A stretch of DNA of 53,161 bases from Spirochaetales bacterium (GCA_017629575.1 JAGBWX010000008.1:1-53161), one strand, 5' to 3'. Counted from the stretch's first letter, positions 17,599 through 27,557 are shown. Notes: generated by a model from the sequence alone, not told the origin. A program made the numbers and translations.

Positions 17599-19092
17599 AT
17601 GGAAGACATAGTACTCGAAATTAAAAACCTGTCTAAGTCCTTCGCAAAGAACAGGGTACTTGATGGAATCAACCTCGCAGTTGAGAAAGGTCATGTACTT
17701 GGTCTTATGGGCGAAAATGGCGCAGGTAAATCAACAATGATGAAATGTCTCTTCGGTATTTATGCAAAGGACGAAGGACAGATTCTGCTCTCAGGAGCAC
17801 CAATAGATTTCAAGAACCCTAAGGAAGCTCTGGAAAATGGAGTTGCAATGGTACACCAGGAACTCAACCAGTGTCTGGATAGAACAGTTCTTGATAATCT
17901 TTTCCTTGGAAGATACCCAAAGAAGATGGGTGTTGTAGATGAAGGAAAGATGGAGAGAACAGCGAATGCTCTCTTCGCTTCCCTCAAGATGAATGTTGAT
18001 CCGCATACTGTTATGCGCACCATATCTGTTTCACAGCGACAGATGGTAGAAATTGCAAAAGCTGTTTCATATGATTCGAAGATTATCGTATTGGATGAGC
18101 CTACATCTTCTCTTACAGAAAGAGAGGTAAAGAAGCTCTTCTCAATCGTAAATGAACTCAAGGCAAAGGGCGTTTCATTCGTCTACATCTCCCATAAGAT
18201 GGATGAGATCTTTGAAATTTGCGATGACGTTGCAGTTCTCAGAGACGGCAAGATGATTTCATGCAAGCCTGTTCAGGACACAAACATGAATGAACTTGTT
18301 GCTGCGATGGTTGGACGTTCATTGGATAAGAGATTCCCTGATGTTGATAACGAACCAGGTGAGGACTACCTTGAGGTTAAGAACCTTTATACAAAGTTTG
18401 AGCCAATCCTTGAAGATGTTTCATTCAAGGTAAAGAAGGGTGAGATTTTTGGTCTCTATGGTCTTGTTGGTGCAGGAAGAAGTGAACTTCTGGAATCTTT
18501 GTTTGGCATCAGAACAGTTGCCTCAGGCGATGTATTTGTAAACGGAAAGAGAATGCGCTTCAATTCAAGCAAGGATGCGATGGACCATAATTTCGCTCTT
18601 GTTACTGAAGAAAGAAAGCTCAACGGTATGTTTGGAAAGGGCACAATTGAGTTCAATACATGCATAACAAACCTTCCAGCTTACAAGTCAAATGGCATCC
18701 TTTCAAATACAAAGATGTATGATGCAGCGGAAAGAGAAATCAAGCAGATGAGAACCAAGTGTGTTTCTTCTCAGGAATTGATCACAGCTCTCTCTGGAGG
18801 AAATCAGCAGAAGGTAATTATCGGAAAGTGGATGGAAAGAAGACCAGATGTCTTCCTTCTTGACGAGCCTACTAGAGGTATCGACGTTGGCGCTAAGTAC
18901 GAGATTTATCAGCTGATCATCAAGATGGCTAAGGAAGGAAAGACTATTATCGTCGTTTCTTCTGAAATGCCAGAGATTCTTGGCATCACAAATAGAATTG
19001 CAGTCATGTCTAACCACAGACTCGCGGGTGTAGTAAACACAAAAGAAACAAACCAGGAAGAGCTTTTGAGGCTCTCTGCTAAGTATCTTTAA
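17599..19092 (+). CDS. mglA: Sugar ABC transporter ATP-binding protein (duplicated ABC domains)
   Basis: Two Walker A sites (GENGAGKST, GLVGAGRSE), signature motifs (VSQRQMVEIAKA, LSGGNQQKV) and Walker B motifs (IIVLDEPT, VFLLDEPT). The ATG at 17599 is preferred over the GTG at 17587. Confidence 0.9.
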   Translation: MEDIVLEIKNLSKSFAKNRVLDGINLAVEKGHVLGLMGENGAGKSTMMKCLFGIYAKDEGQILLSGAPIDFKNPKEALENGVAMVHQELNQCLDRTVLDNLFLGRYPKKMGVVDEGKMERTANALFASLKMNVDPHTVMRTISVSQRQMVEIAKAVSYDSKIIVLDEPTSSLTEREVKKLFSIVNELKAKGVSFVYISHKMDEIFEICDDVAVLRDGKMISCKPVQDTNMNELVAAMVGRSLDKRFPDVDNEPGEDYLEVKNLYTKFEPILEDVSFKVKKGEIFGLYGLVGAGRSELLESLFGIRTVASGDVFVNGKRMRFNSSKDAMDHNFALVTEERKLNGMFGKGTIEFNTCITNLPAYKSNGILSNTKMYDAAEREIKQMRTKCVSSQELITALSGGNQQKVIIGKWMERRPDVFLLDEPTRGIDVGAKYEIYQLIIKMAKEGKTIIVVSSEMPEILGITNRIAVMSNHRLAGVVNTKETNQEELLRLSAKYL

Positions 19093-19106
19093 TAGGGAAG
19101 TGAAAA

Positions 19107-20795
19107 ATGGCAGATAATATGAATTTTGAAATTAAGGATTTCCACGCAGGAAGCGAGGATCAGAAGCTTACAAACTATCTTGATAAGCTCAATGAAATCA
19201 GAAAGGACGGCGTCCACAAGGAAATGTACCTCTCTGAAGAAATTGCAACTATCAAGAGAGACAAGACTATTGATGCTGCAGATAAGGAAAACAGAATCAA
19301 GGCTCTTAAGGAAGAACTTGTCGCTGCAAAGAGCGTGGCTTTGGCTAATGCTGCAGAGGAAAAGGCTATTAGCAAGGAAGCTGTTGCTTATTCAAATGCT
19401 CTTTATAAGGGCTATGAAGCTATCGTAGTTGCAGACGAGAACAACAAGATTGCAGAGGCAAAGGCTGAGTTTACAGCTGCTTGCGAAACTATTAAGAAGG
19501 ATAGTGCTGAAAGAATTGCAAAGATTAACTCTTCAAACTTTGATGCATCAAAGAAGAAGGAAGAGATTGAAATTGCAAAGTACGAAGAAGAGTCTGCTAT
19601 TCATGAAGCTAAGTCTAGAATGAACGATAAAATCGCAACTTCAAAGGCAATTAAGAATCAGATTTACATCGACCATGTTCAGCAGAATAGAGCACTTAGA
19701 AATGGAAAGACAAACTTTGTAGAAGATATGCTTCTCAAGCAGAAGAACTATGTTGCTAACTTCAACCTTTCTTCATTCTTCCTTGCAAATGGTCTTTACA
19801 TCGCAATCATCATCTTCTTCATCATCTGTATTGCGCTTGCTCCTGTTAAGGTTGGTGCAAACCTCCTTACTCTTCCAAATATCCTCACAATCTTAGAGCA
19901 GTCATCAACTAGAATGTTCTATGCTCTTGGTGTAGCAGGCCTTATCCTCCTTGCAGGTACAGACCTCTCCGTAGGTAGAATGGTTGCATTGGGCTCCGTT
20001 GTTACATCAATCATTCTCCATCCTGGAAAGAACATCGTAACATTCTTCGGAATGGGTCCTTGGAACTTTGATGCACTTCCAATGGGTGTAAGAGTAATCA
20101 TGGCTCTCGTCCTCTCAATTACTCTCTGTGTTGCATTCTCTGCATTTGCAGGCTTCTTCACAGCTAAGCTCAAGATCCATCCATTCATCTCAACTCTTTC
20201 AACACAGCTCATCATCTACGGCCTCCTCTTCTTCGGAACATCAGGCACACCTACAGGTACAATTACAGCATCAATCAAGGATGCAATCGGTGGTAGATGG
20301 ATTCTTGGCGTAATGAATGGACAGCTTGTAACATTCCCTAAGCTCATCATTCCTGCTGTTATCGCAATCATCGTTGCATGGTTCATTTGGAACAAGACAA
20401 TCTTCGGTAAGAACATGTACGCAGTTGGTGGCAATAGCGAAGCTGCTGCAGTTTCTGGTATCTCTGTATTCAAGGTAACTCTTGGAGTATTCATCATGGC
20501 TGGTATCTTCTATGGCTGTGGTGCATTCTTGGAGGCCTTCAGAGCAAATACTTCAGCAGGTACAGGCCAGGGCTTCGAGCTTGACGCTATCGCAGCATGT
20601 GTTGTTGGTGGTATCTCATTCAATGGCGGTATCGGTAAGATTGGCGGTGCTGTTCTTGGTGTTATCATCTTCCAGGGTATGACATATGCTCTTACATTCC
20701 TTGGCATCGATACAAACCTTCAGTTCGTATTCAAGGGTGTTATCATTATCGCTGCAGTTGCACTCGACTCTGTTAAATATCTTAAGAAGAAATAA
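19107..20795 (+). CDS. mglC: Sugar ABC transporter permease (MglC/RbsC family) with a ~200-aa N-terminal coiled-coil-like extension
   Basis: The C-terminal ~355 aa is a typical BPD_transp_2 permease (NILTILEQSS...AGTDLSVGR...VGGNSEAA...GGISFNGGIGK). The N-terminal ~205 aa is a hydrophilic K/E/A-rich segment in the same uninterrupted frame. Confidence 0.85.
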   Translation: MADNMNFEIKDFHAGSEDQKLTNYLDKLNEIRKDGVHKEMYLSEEIATIKRDKTIDAADKENRIKALKEELVAAKSVALANAAEEKAISKEAVAYSNALYKGYEAIVVADENNKIAEAKAEFTAACETIKKDSAERIAKINSSNFDASKKKEEIEIAKYEEESAIHEAKSRMNDKIATSKAIKNQIYIDHVQQNRALRNGKTNFVEDMLLKQKNYVANFNLSSFFLANGLYIAIIIFFIICIALAPVKVGANLLTLPNILTILEQSSTRMFYALGVAGLILLAGTDLSVGRMVALGSVVTSIILHPGKNIVTFFGMGPWNFDALPMGVRVIMALVLSITLCVAFSAFAGFFTAKLKIHPFISTLSTQLIIYGLLFFGTSGTPTGTITASIKDAIGGRWILGVMNGQLVTFPKLIIPAVIAIIVAWFIWNKTIFGKNMYAVGGNSEAAAVSGISVFKVTLGVFIMAGIFYGCGAFLEAFRANTSAGTGQGFELDAIAACVVGGISFNGGIGKIGGAVLGVIIFQGMTYALTFLGIDTNLQFVFKGVIIIAAVALDSVKYLKKK

Positions 20796-20820
20796 TAAAG
20801 ATAGAAATATGGGTTATAAT

Positions 20821-20851
20821 AAGGCTGGGGAGACTCAGCCTTATTTTATTT
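20821..20851 (+). terminator. Terminator-like hairpin after mglC, abutting the next start codon
   Basis: AAGGCTG (20821-20827) / CAGCCTT (20836-20842) with an 8-nt loop, then ATTTTATTT. The ATG of the next gene is at 20852. Confidence 0.55.
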
Positions 20852-21844
20852 ATGAAGAGATTTGTCGTTCTGCTGATATTGCTATTTTGGGCTTCTCTTT
20901 GCTTATTTGCTAGAGGCTCAAAAGAAACTAATGATTTTATTGGAGTTATCTTCTACAGGGAAGACGATGTCTTTATTTCTGAAGTTAGAGCAGAAATCGA
21001 GCAAATATCCACATCTGAATACCCACTTAACATAGTAACTAGCAACAATAGCCAAATCACTCAGAATGCCCAGGTTGATGAGTTCTTGGAGAGTGGCAAT
21101 TGTAAAGCTTTAATCATCAATCCTGTAGATAGAACCTCTGTGGGCCTTCTTATAGAAAAAGCTAAGAAAAAGAATGTTCCTATCGTGTTCTTCAATAAGG
21201 AGCCGCTTTCTTCTGACATGAATAAGTGGGATAAGGTTTACTATGTAGGCGCAGATGCTGCAGAGTGCGGAAAGATGGTAGGATCTATCTTCAGCGAATA
21301 TTATGCAAAGAACACTGCGTCTGTCGATAGAAATGGTGATGGTATCCTCCAGTATGTGATGATCAAAGGCGAGCCTGGCCATCAGGATACTGAGCTGAGG
21401 ACTGAGTATACCATCAATACCTTATTGGAAAATGGCATTGCTGTAGAACGTCTCCACGAAAGCTCTGGCAAGTGGGAACGCGACAAAGGTAAGAGCATCA
21501 TGGAGCGATGCATAGCAACTTATGGCAATGAAATAGAAGCAGTATTCTGCAATAATGATGAGATGGCAATAGGCGCGTTGGAAGCAATCAACGAGAGTGA
21601 AGTCTTTGATGGAATCTTCCTTCCGGTCACTGGTGTAGATGGAACCTCCCATGGCATGGCTGCAATCGAGGACGGTTCTTTGCTCTGTACTGTTCAGAAT
21701 GATGCCTCTAATCAGGCGATGGCGATGTATAAGCTTGCAATTGAGCTTGTTAAGGGCAATGTACCAAGCGAGTCTACAATTGGCTATCCAATCGAGAAAA
21801 AGAGATATATTTTCATTCCATATAGTCCAGTATTGGCAGATTAA
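20852..21844 (+). CDS. Periplasmic glucose/galactose-binding protein, canonical MglB topology (possible sensor partner)
   Basis: 330 aa with a signal peptide. It is colinear with classical MglB: IGVIFYREDDVFISEVR, VPIVFFNKEP, VYYVGADAAECG, DRNGDGILQYVMIKGEPGHQD, NNDEMAIGALEA, TVQNDASNQA. Confidence 0.85.
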   Translation: MKRFVVLLILLFWASLCLFARGSKETNDFIGVIFYREDDVFISEVRAEIEQISTSEYPLNIVTSNNSQITQNAQVDEFLESGNCKALIINPVDRTSVGLLIEKAKKKNVPIVFFNKEPLSSDMNKWDKVYYVGADAAECGKMVGSIFSEYYAKNTASVDRNGDGILQYVMIKGEPGHQDTELRTEYTINTLLENGIAVERLHESSGKWERDKGKSIMERCIATYGNEIEAVFCNNDEMAIGALEAINESEVFDGIFLPVTGVDGTSHGMAAIEDGSLLCTVQNDASNQAMAMYKLAIELVKGNVPSESTIGYPIEKKRYIFIPYSPVLAD

Positions 21845-21892
21845 AGCTTTCTATCTTGAATGTGTTGGTGAAAACATAGACAATCATCAAGT

Positions 21893-23260
21893 ATGTATCA
21901 GGACTTTACAGAAGGGGCTATCGTCAAGCCTCTCTTGAAATTTGCAATACCAATTGTATGTTCCATGTTTCTTCAAAACCTATATGGTGCTGTAGACCTT
22001 CTTGTTGTTGGACATTTTGGATCTCCCGTAGATGTCTCTGCCGTATCTACTGGATCAATGCTAATGATGACCATCACATTACTAGTAACAGGTCTTTCTT
22101 TGGGAATTACAATCATAGCAGGTCATAAGATAGGTGAAAAAAAGACAAAAGAAACAGGAGAGTTTATCGCAAAGGCTATTTTCTTCTTAATGTGCATAGC
22201 TGCTGCTTTGACTGTGTTGGTGCTTGTCTTCTCTAGGTTTGTTGTTGTTCTTATGAAGGCTCCAGAAGAAGCTTTTGATGGTACTTTATCTTATGTGAGA
22301 ATCTGCGCACTGGGAATGCTTGCTATCATTGGATACAACTTAATTGGTGCGATTTTCAGAGGTATTGGCGACTCAAAGATGCCTTTGATTGCAGTTGCAA
22401 TTGCTTCTGTGGTTAACATCGTTGGAGACTTGATTCTTGTTGCAGTCTTTTCATTGGGGCCTTCAGGAACTGCGATAGCTACTATCTTTGCGCAGGGCAT
22501 GAGCGTAATAATAAGCTTGCTTATCATGAGAAAGAGAACACTGCCCTTCACGATTGATAGAAAAGACATCTCATGGGATTGGAAAGTCAACAAGCAGATA
22601 TTATCTTTGGGCTTGCCATCTGCAGTACACGAAGTTCTTGTAACAGTTTCCTTCTTATTTCTGATATCCATTGCGAATTCATTGGGCGTCGTTGCCTCCG
22701 CTGGAGTTGGAATAGCAGAGAAGGTCTGTGGCTTTGTTATGCTGATTCCTTCTGCCTATAATCAATCGATAGCTACCTTTGTTGCTCAAAATGAAGGAGC
22801 ACAGAAGCTTGATAGAGCAAGCAGAGCGCTATTTTCATTTTGTATCATCAGCTTCTTGACTGGTATTTTGATCTTTTACTTCTCCTTCTTCCATGGAGAT
22901 TTGCTCTCTGGTATCTTCAGCGAAGATGCCGATGTTATATCTGCTGGTGCTAGCTATCTTAAGGCCTATGCAATTGACTGCCTCTTTGTAAGCTTCTATT
23001 TCTGCTTCATTGGATACCTTGTAGGAAGAGGAAGAACTGTATTTGTAATGCTTGTTGGCCTTATTAGCGCCTTCTTTGTTAGAACTCCACTTGCGTATCT
23101 CTTCTCGCATATAGAGGGAGTGACACTATTCGGAATAGGCTTATGCATTCCAATTGCAACTGCATTCCAGACAGTTCTCGCTGTTATCTATCTTGTTCGT
23201 GTCATGAAATTAGACAGAAGGCAATCGCTTCTTAATAACAACAGCCTTGATAGGATCTAA
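21893..23260 (+). CDS. MATE family efflux transporter
   Basis: 455 aa, about 12 TM. The N-terminal GAIVKPLLKFAIPIVCSMFLQNLYGAVDLLVVG is typical of MatE proteins. Confidence 0.85.
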   Translation: MYQDFTEGAIVKPLLKFAIPIVCSMFLQNLYGAVDLLVVGHFGSPVDVSAVSTGSMLMMTITLLVTGLSLGITIIAGHKIGEKKTKETGEFIAKAIFFLMCIAAALTVLVLVFSRFVVVLMKAPEEAFDGTLSYVRICALGMLAIIGYNLIGAIFRGIGDSKMPLIAVAIASVVNIVGDLILVAVFSLGPSGTAIATIFAQGMSVIISLLIMRKRTLPFTIDRKDISWDWKVNKQILSLGLPSAVHEVLVTVSFLFLISIANSLGVVASAGVGIAEKVCGFVMLIPSAYNQSIATFVAQNEGAQKLDRASRALFSFCIISFLTGILIFYFSFFHGDLLSGIFSEDADVISAGASYLKAYAIDCLFVSFYFCFIGYLVGRGRTVFVMLVGLISAFFVRTPLAYLFSHIEGVTLFGIGLCIPIATAFQTVLAVIYLVRVMKLDRRQSLLNNNSLDRI

Positions 23261-25015
23261 TTTAGGAATTGTGATTGTAACAGTTGTTCCTTCTTCGATT
23301 TCTGACTTGATGGAAAGGCCGTATTGGCTTCCATAAGAGAGCTTTATTCTCTCATCAATGTTTAAGAGACCAATGCCATTTCCATTGCTATCTGGATTGA
23401 TTTCCTTTTCATAAGTTGGGTCGAGAAGGGAGCTTGCCTTTTCCTGAGACATTCCTATGCCGTTGTCTGAGACAATGATCTCAATGCTGTTCTCGTCCTT
23501 CTCTCTGACTTTTATGGAAATTAGGCCTGGGTCGAGCATGTATTTTATTCCATGGTAGATTGAGTTCTCTACAATAGGTTGGATGATCAGCTTGATTGTT
23601 GGGCACAAGGCAATATTTTCTGGAATATATGTTTCATAGGAGAACTTGTCTTTGTATCTCATACTTTGGATATCGAGATAGTTTTTTACATGTTCAATCT
23701 CTTCCTCAATTGTGATGATGTCATGACCTTTGGCAATTGAGATTCTAAATAGAGAGGCGAGGGAGGAGGCCATCTGTACAACGCCATCCTTATCTCCTGT
23801 CTCTGCCATCCAGATCATCGTATCTAGTGTGTTATATAAGAAGTGAGGATTGATCTTTGCCTGAAGAGCATCAAGCTCCTTCTGTCTCTTGAGGGCTTCC
23901 GTCTTTTTTATGTCCTGCATCAGCTTCTTGATTTTCACTACCATGACAGAAAAGGATGCAGAGAGAGACTGTGTCTCCTTTGTTCCCTCCATTGGTACTA
24001 TGATGTCAAAGTTTCCCTTCTGTACCTTTCTCATGATCATCTCAAGCTTTCTGATTGGTCCGGTGATGTAAGAGACGGTAATTGAGGAGATTACTGCAGT
24101 TACAATGGCCGATGCTAAGAAAACGATGCCAATGATAATCTGGAATTCTTTGAGTGAAGCCATGAGATTATCTACATATGTTATGCCTACAACTCTCCAG
24201 CTTGTTTGGTTGACAGGATCAATGATCATCAGACGTTCTCTGGAGTTGAAGGTCTTGATTACAGTTCCATATACCTGTTCCTGAACGCCCTCTATATCCT
24301 CTACAAATAGCCCAGCATTGATCTCATCCTGCATTGGATGGTATACGATATCCCCATCATTGGAGATGAAGTATACATATCCACCACCAGGAAGAGATGC
24401 TCTCTCGACAATTTCAGACACAGTATTTGAGTTGAGATTGATCAGAAGCACAGCTTTTTCTGATGATTCCATTGAAGACGTTCTATAGTTGATAACTGAT
24501 GAATATGAGATTACCCATTGCTCTTGTTCTCTGAACAATCTCTGTGGTTGAGGTGCAGAGAAAAAGAAGTTTCCTTCGTTTTCAACTGCTCTTTTGAACC
24601 ACTCCATCTCTTGTATGTCATTGCTGTCTGCACTGTATTCTTGAGCTGTTGTGACGAGAAGATTTCCATCAAGATCGAATAGCGTGATATTGTTGAGGTC
24701 ATTTCTGCTGTCGATAATTGTGCTGAGTTTATCGACGATGCTTTCTAGGGGAAGATCGCCAGTGTTTCTAGCGGTGTTTCTTGCATAGTCTGCTACATTC
24801 ATAATGTCTGAGATATAGTAATTGAGGTTGTTGTTTACCTGATTGACAATCTCTCCTGTTGAGAAGATAGCAGATTCTCTCGTTGTTCTTACAAAGAAGA
24901 ATGAGATCAAAAAGCCAATTGTGAGCACAGAAAATGTAGATACTATGGCAATTGAAATAGATAGCAGTGTCTTGATGTGCATATTAGCACTGATTATTCT
25001 TCTCCTAGCTCTCAT
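23210..25015 (-). CDS. Sensor histidine kinase, YesM/LytS-like (PF06580 His_kinase + HATPase) with an extracytoplasmic sensor domain
   Basis: 601 aa. The layout is TM, a ~270-aa extracytoplasmic domain, TM, a HAMP-like region, KINPHFLYNTLDT (phospho-His region of PF06580) and an ATPase with DNGIGM / GNGIGL. Its 3' end overlaps the MATE gene by 51 nt (convergent). Confidence 0.85.
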   Translation of the reverse strand: MRARRRIISANMHIKTLLSISIAIVSTFSVLTIGFLISFFFVRTTRESAIFSTGEIVNQVNNNLNYYISDIMNVADYARNTARNTGDLPLESIVDKLSTIIDSRNDLNNITLFDLDGNLLVTTAQEYSADSNDIQEMEWFKRAVENEGNFFFSAPQPQRLFREQEQWVISYSSVINYRTSSMESSEKAVLLINLNSNTVSEIVERASLPGGGYVYFISNDGDIVYHPMQDEINAGLFVEDIEGVQEQVYGTVIKTFNSRERLMIIDPVNQTSWRVVGITYVDNLMASLKEFQIIIGIVFLASAIVTAVISSITVSYITGPIRKLEMIMRKVQKGNFDIIVPMEGTKETQSLSASFSVMVVKIKKLMQDIKKTEALKRQKELDALQAKINPHFLYNTLDTMIWMAETGDKDGVVQMASSLASLFRISIAKGHDIITIEEEIEHVKNYLDIQSMRYKDKFSYETYIPENIALCPTIKLIIQPIVENSIYHGIKYMLDPGLISIKVREKDENSIEIIVSDNGIGMSQEKASSLLDPTYEKEINPDSNGNGIGLLNIDERIKLSYGSQYGLSIKSEIEEGTTVTITIPKLDPIKAVVIKKRLPSV

Positions 25016-26580
25016 TGTTGCTTGCTCTGGCTCCTATATTGAGATGGGGAGACACCGGTGTTTTTCTTGAATGCAAAGGAGAAGTAGTTCGGCTCAGAGA
25101 ATCCAGTTCTTTCTGCTATTTCATAAGTTTTCAGCTCACTGTTCTTCAGCATTTCCTTGGCCTTCTCAAGTCTTGTGTTTGTCAAAAATTGAACAAAGGA
25201 GATGCCTGTTTCCTTCTTGAATGTTGTTGAGAAGTAAGCAGGTGATACTGAGATTTCTTCGCAGAGCTGATCAAGGCCAAACAGTGGATCTGAGTACCTT
25301 TTTCTAATAACTTTCTTGGCAGTTTCAACAAACTTGATTCTTGAACTTTCTCTCTCTCCATTTGCCATATCATTGGCAGCAAGAGCAATAGAAAGACATA
25401 TCTTCTTTGCTGATGACAGTGTCGTCATATGTGCCAATGTCGAGAAGAGGTCTTCTTTCAAAAGAGACGTGATAGGCTTTGAATAAGAGGTGCAGATTTC
25501 AGATATTGTTGAGATGATATATAGTACTGCAGCCTGGATATCTGATGTCTCTGTTAGCGTAGAGAAGAAGTTTGAAATTGCAACTTCTGTATCATGGGAA
25601 GATCCCAATTTGATTGCAAAGATGAGTTCTGTCTTCAGCTCTCCCAAATCTCTTTCAACCTTTTCATTTTCAACGTTCTCGATATCAGAGAGGGTGATTA
25701 TATGCTGCTCTGGAAATGAGTGAGTATAGTTAAGGGCTCTAACAGCATCCTTGTAGGCAAGTGGTATGTCATCAATATTGGTCACGATATTACTGATGCC
25801 AATATTTACATGATGAGCAAAATAGTGGGAGGAGCTTTCTTGAATCAGGTTCAGGACTCTGTATATCTGCTTCTTAAATAATGGAGCATACTCCTCTATC
25901 ATGGATGTGTTGAAGATGAATACAATCTGATTTTCATGAGGGAATATAATAGGTTTTTCAGCTTCCCTTTCGATAGCCTCTTCTGCAAGTTTTTGTAGCA
26001 TAAAGAGAGAATCTGCTGCATCCATGACACCAACAGCAATCATTTTATTGGTTAGATTAATTCCAAAACTATTAGATTCCTTGTCGTTGTCTGATAATCT
26101 TGATGGTGCAATGAGAGATGCGAGGTATCGTTCCTTGTAGAGAGAAAAGGCTTCCTTATATACTGGTTCAATCTTTTCTGCCTCTAGGAATCTGAGCTTG
26201 TCCTTTTCAATCCTATCCTTGGTTCTATCTAAAAGCTCTTCTATCATCTTGATGGATACAGGTTTTAGGGCATATTCTGCAACCTTGAGCCTTACTGCTT
26301 CTTGCGCAAATGTAAACTCATCGTATCCCGAGAGGATGATGATCTCGACTGTAGAGGAGAAATCCTTTCTTATTTTCTCAATGAACTCAATGCCATTTAT
26401 ATATGGCATCTTGATGTCTGTGATGATTACATCAGGCATCTTCTCGCTTATGATATCCAGAGCTTCAATGCCATTAGAAGCCTCTCCCATTATTTCAAAG
26501 CCATGCTTTTCCCATGGGGTAAGATTTCTAATAGAATTTCTTACTGACTCTTCATCATCAACGAGAAGTATTGAATACAT
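25012..26580 (-). CDS. Response regulator, YesN type (REC + AraC-family HTH)
   Basis: 522 aa. REC domain with ILLVDDEESV and DVIITDIKMP. The C-terminal AraC HTH pair is ...SVSPAYFSTTFKKETGISFVQFL...TYEIAERTGFSEPNYFSFAFKKNTGVSPSQYR. The stop overlaps the kinase start. Confidence 0.9.
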   Translation of the reverse strand: MYSILLVDDEESVRNSIRNLTPWEKHGFEIMGEASNGIEALDIISEKMPDVIITDIKMPYINGIEFIEKIRKDFSSTVEIIILSGYDEFTFAQEAVRLKVAEYALKPVSIKMIEELLDRTKDRIEKDKLRFLEAEKIEPVYKEAFSLYKERYLASLIAPSRLSDNDKESNSFGINLTNKMIAVGVMDAADSLFMLQKLAEEAIEREAEKPIIFPHENQIVFIFNTSMIEEYAPLFKKQIYRVLNLIQESSSHYFAHHVNIGISNIVTNIDDIPLAYKDAVRALNYTHSFPEQHIITLSDIENVENEKVERDLGELKTELIFAIKLGSSHDTEVAISNFFSTLTETSDIQAAVLYIISTISEICTSYSKPITSLLKEDLFSTLAHMTTLSSAKKICLSIALAANDMANGERESSRIKFVETAKKVIRKRYSDPLFGLDQLCEEISVSPAYFSTTFKKETGISFVQFLTNTRLEKAKEMLKNSELKTYEIAERTGFSEPNYFSFAFKKNTGVSPSQYRSQSKQQ

Positions 26581-26585
26581 AGTAG

Positions 26586-27557
26586 TTACCTATATTTCTT
26601 CAAGATGCTCTCAAGATAAGATACGAGCTTCTTCTTGTATGATTCAGGACCAAGAACAGTGATGCTTGTTCCGCCCTGGATGATTCTAAGTGTCAATTCG
26701 ATTGAGTTCTCAACCTCAATATTGCAGATTAGAGTTCCCTTGTCGCTTCTCTCAAATACAGGCTTCTTGTGCATCAATGATGAGAAGGAGTTTATTGCGC
26801 TCTTTTCTGTAAGCTCAAGAGTGAGATGAAGCATATCGACTGCATCATACTCATCGTCTCTTTCTTGTTTTCTGAATGGCTTTAGGTTGTCAGGTATTGT
26901 ATAGGTCTCATCAAGCATTATGGCGTTTGTGATGTCTGCTATATCTAGCGTGATGATATCCTTTGTGTGTCTGAGTCTGCCTGTTACTGTCATTGGCTTT
27001 CTGCCTTCATTCTCATCCTTGAATCCGATGAAGTATGGGGAAATCTCAATTTCTTCCTGTTCTGGAATCTCTGTTGTAATTCTAGCGATTCTACCAGATA
27101 CCCAGCAGTCAATAAGAACTTCCATTATGGCATTGTATTTGCCAGTAGCTGTCTTGTTCTTTTGGAGTTTGCTATCGATTGAATCTGCTAATGATAGGAT
27201 GTTTTCAGAAATCTTTGGGGCGTAGGAACGCATGTTCATCGCCATCTTTCTCAATCCTGAGGCAAGATGAGGATTTTGCATGTCTGTTGATGCAATCAAG
27301 GCTTCTGCAGAGAGGTTGAATGCCAAGCTTTCGTAGACAGAAAGCTCAAGTGCGGTGTCTTCCTCCGCTTTCTCATTTATCTTAATGAGATTGTTATCTT
27401 CATAGATATCAATCATCGTAGATAAATCTTCCACGTATCTTGAAATAGTAGATCGGTGTACGCCAAGGCGTCTTGCTATCTCCGCGCGCCTCAAACCTTC
27501 AGGGTGAGACCGGAGGAGCAACTCCAGCTGTGCAACTCTTTCTCCCTTCATAAACAA
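26586..27557 (-). CDS. HTH + WYL-like domain transcriptional regulator (PafBC/BrxR/CapW-like architecture)
   Basis: 323 aa. N-terminal winged HTH (LRRAEIARRLGVHRSTISRYVEDL), a central beta-rich segment resembling a WYL domain (RIARITT...ISPYFIGF...PMTVTGRLRHTKDIITLDIADI) and a C-terminal extension. Assigned by architecture only. Confidence 0.5.
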   Translation of the reverse strand: MFMKGERVAQLELLLRSHPEGLRRAEIARRLGVHRSTISRYVEDLSTMIDIYEDNNLIKINEKAEEDTALELSVYESLAFNLSAEALIASTDMQNPHLASGLRKMAMNMRSYAPKISENILSLADSIDSKLQKNKTATGKYNAIMEVLIDCWVSGRIARITTEIPEQEEIEISPYFIGFKDENEGRKPMTVTGRLRHTKDIITLDIADITNAIMLDETYTIPDNLKPFRKQERDDEYDAVDMLHLTLELTEKSAINSFSSLMHKKPVFERSDKGTLICNIEVENSIELTLRIIQGGTSITVLGPESYKKKLVSYLESILKKYR

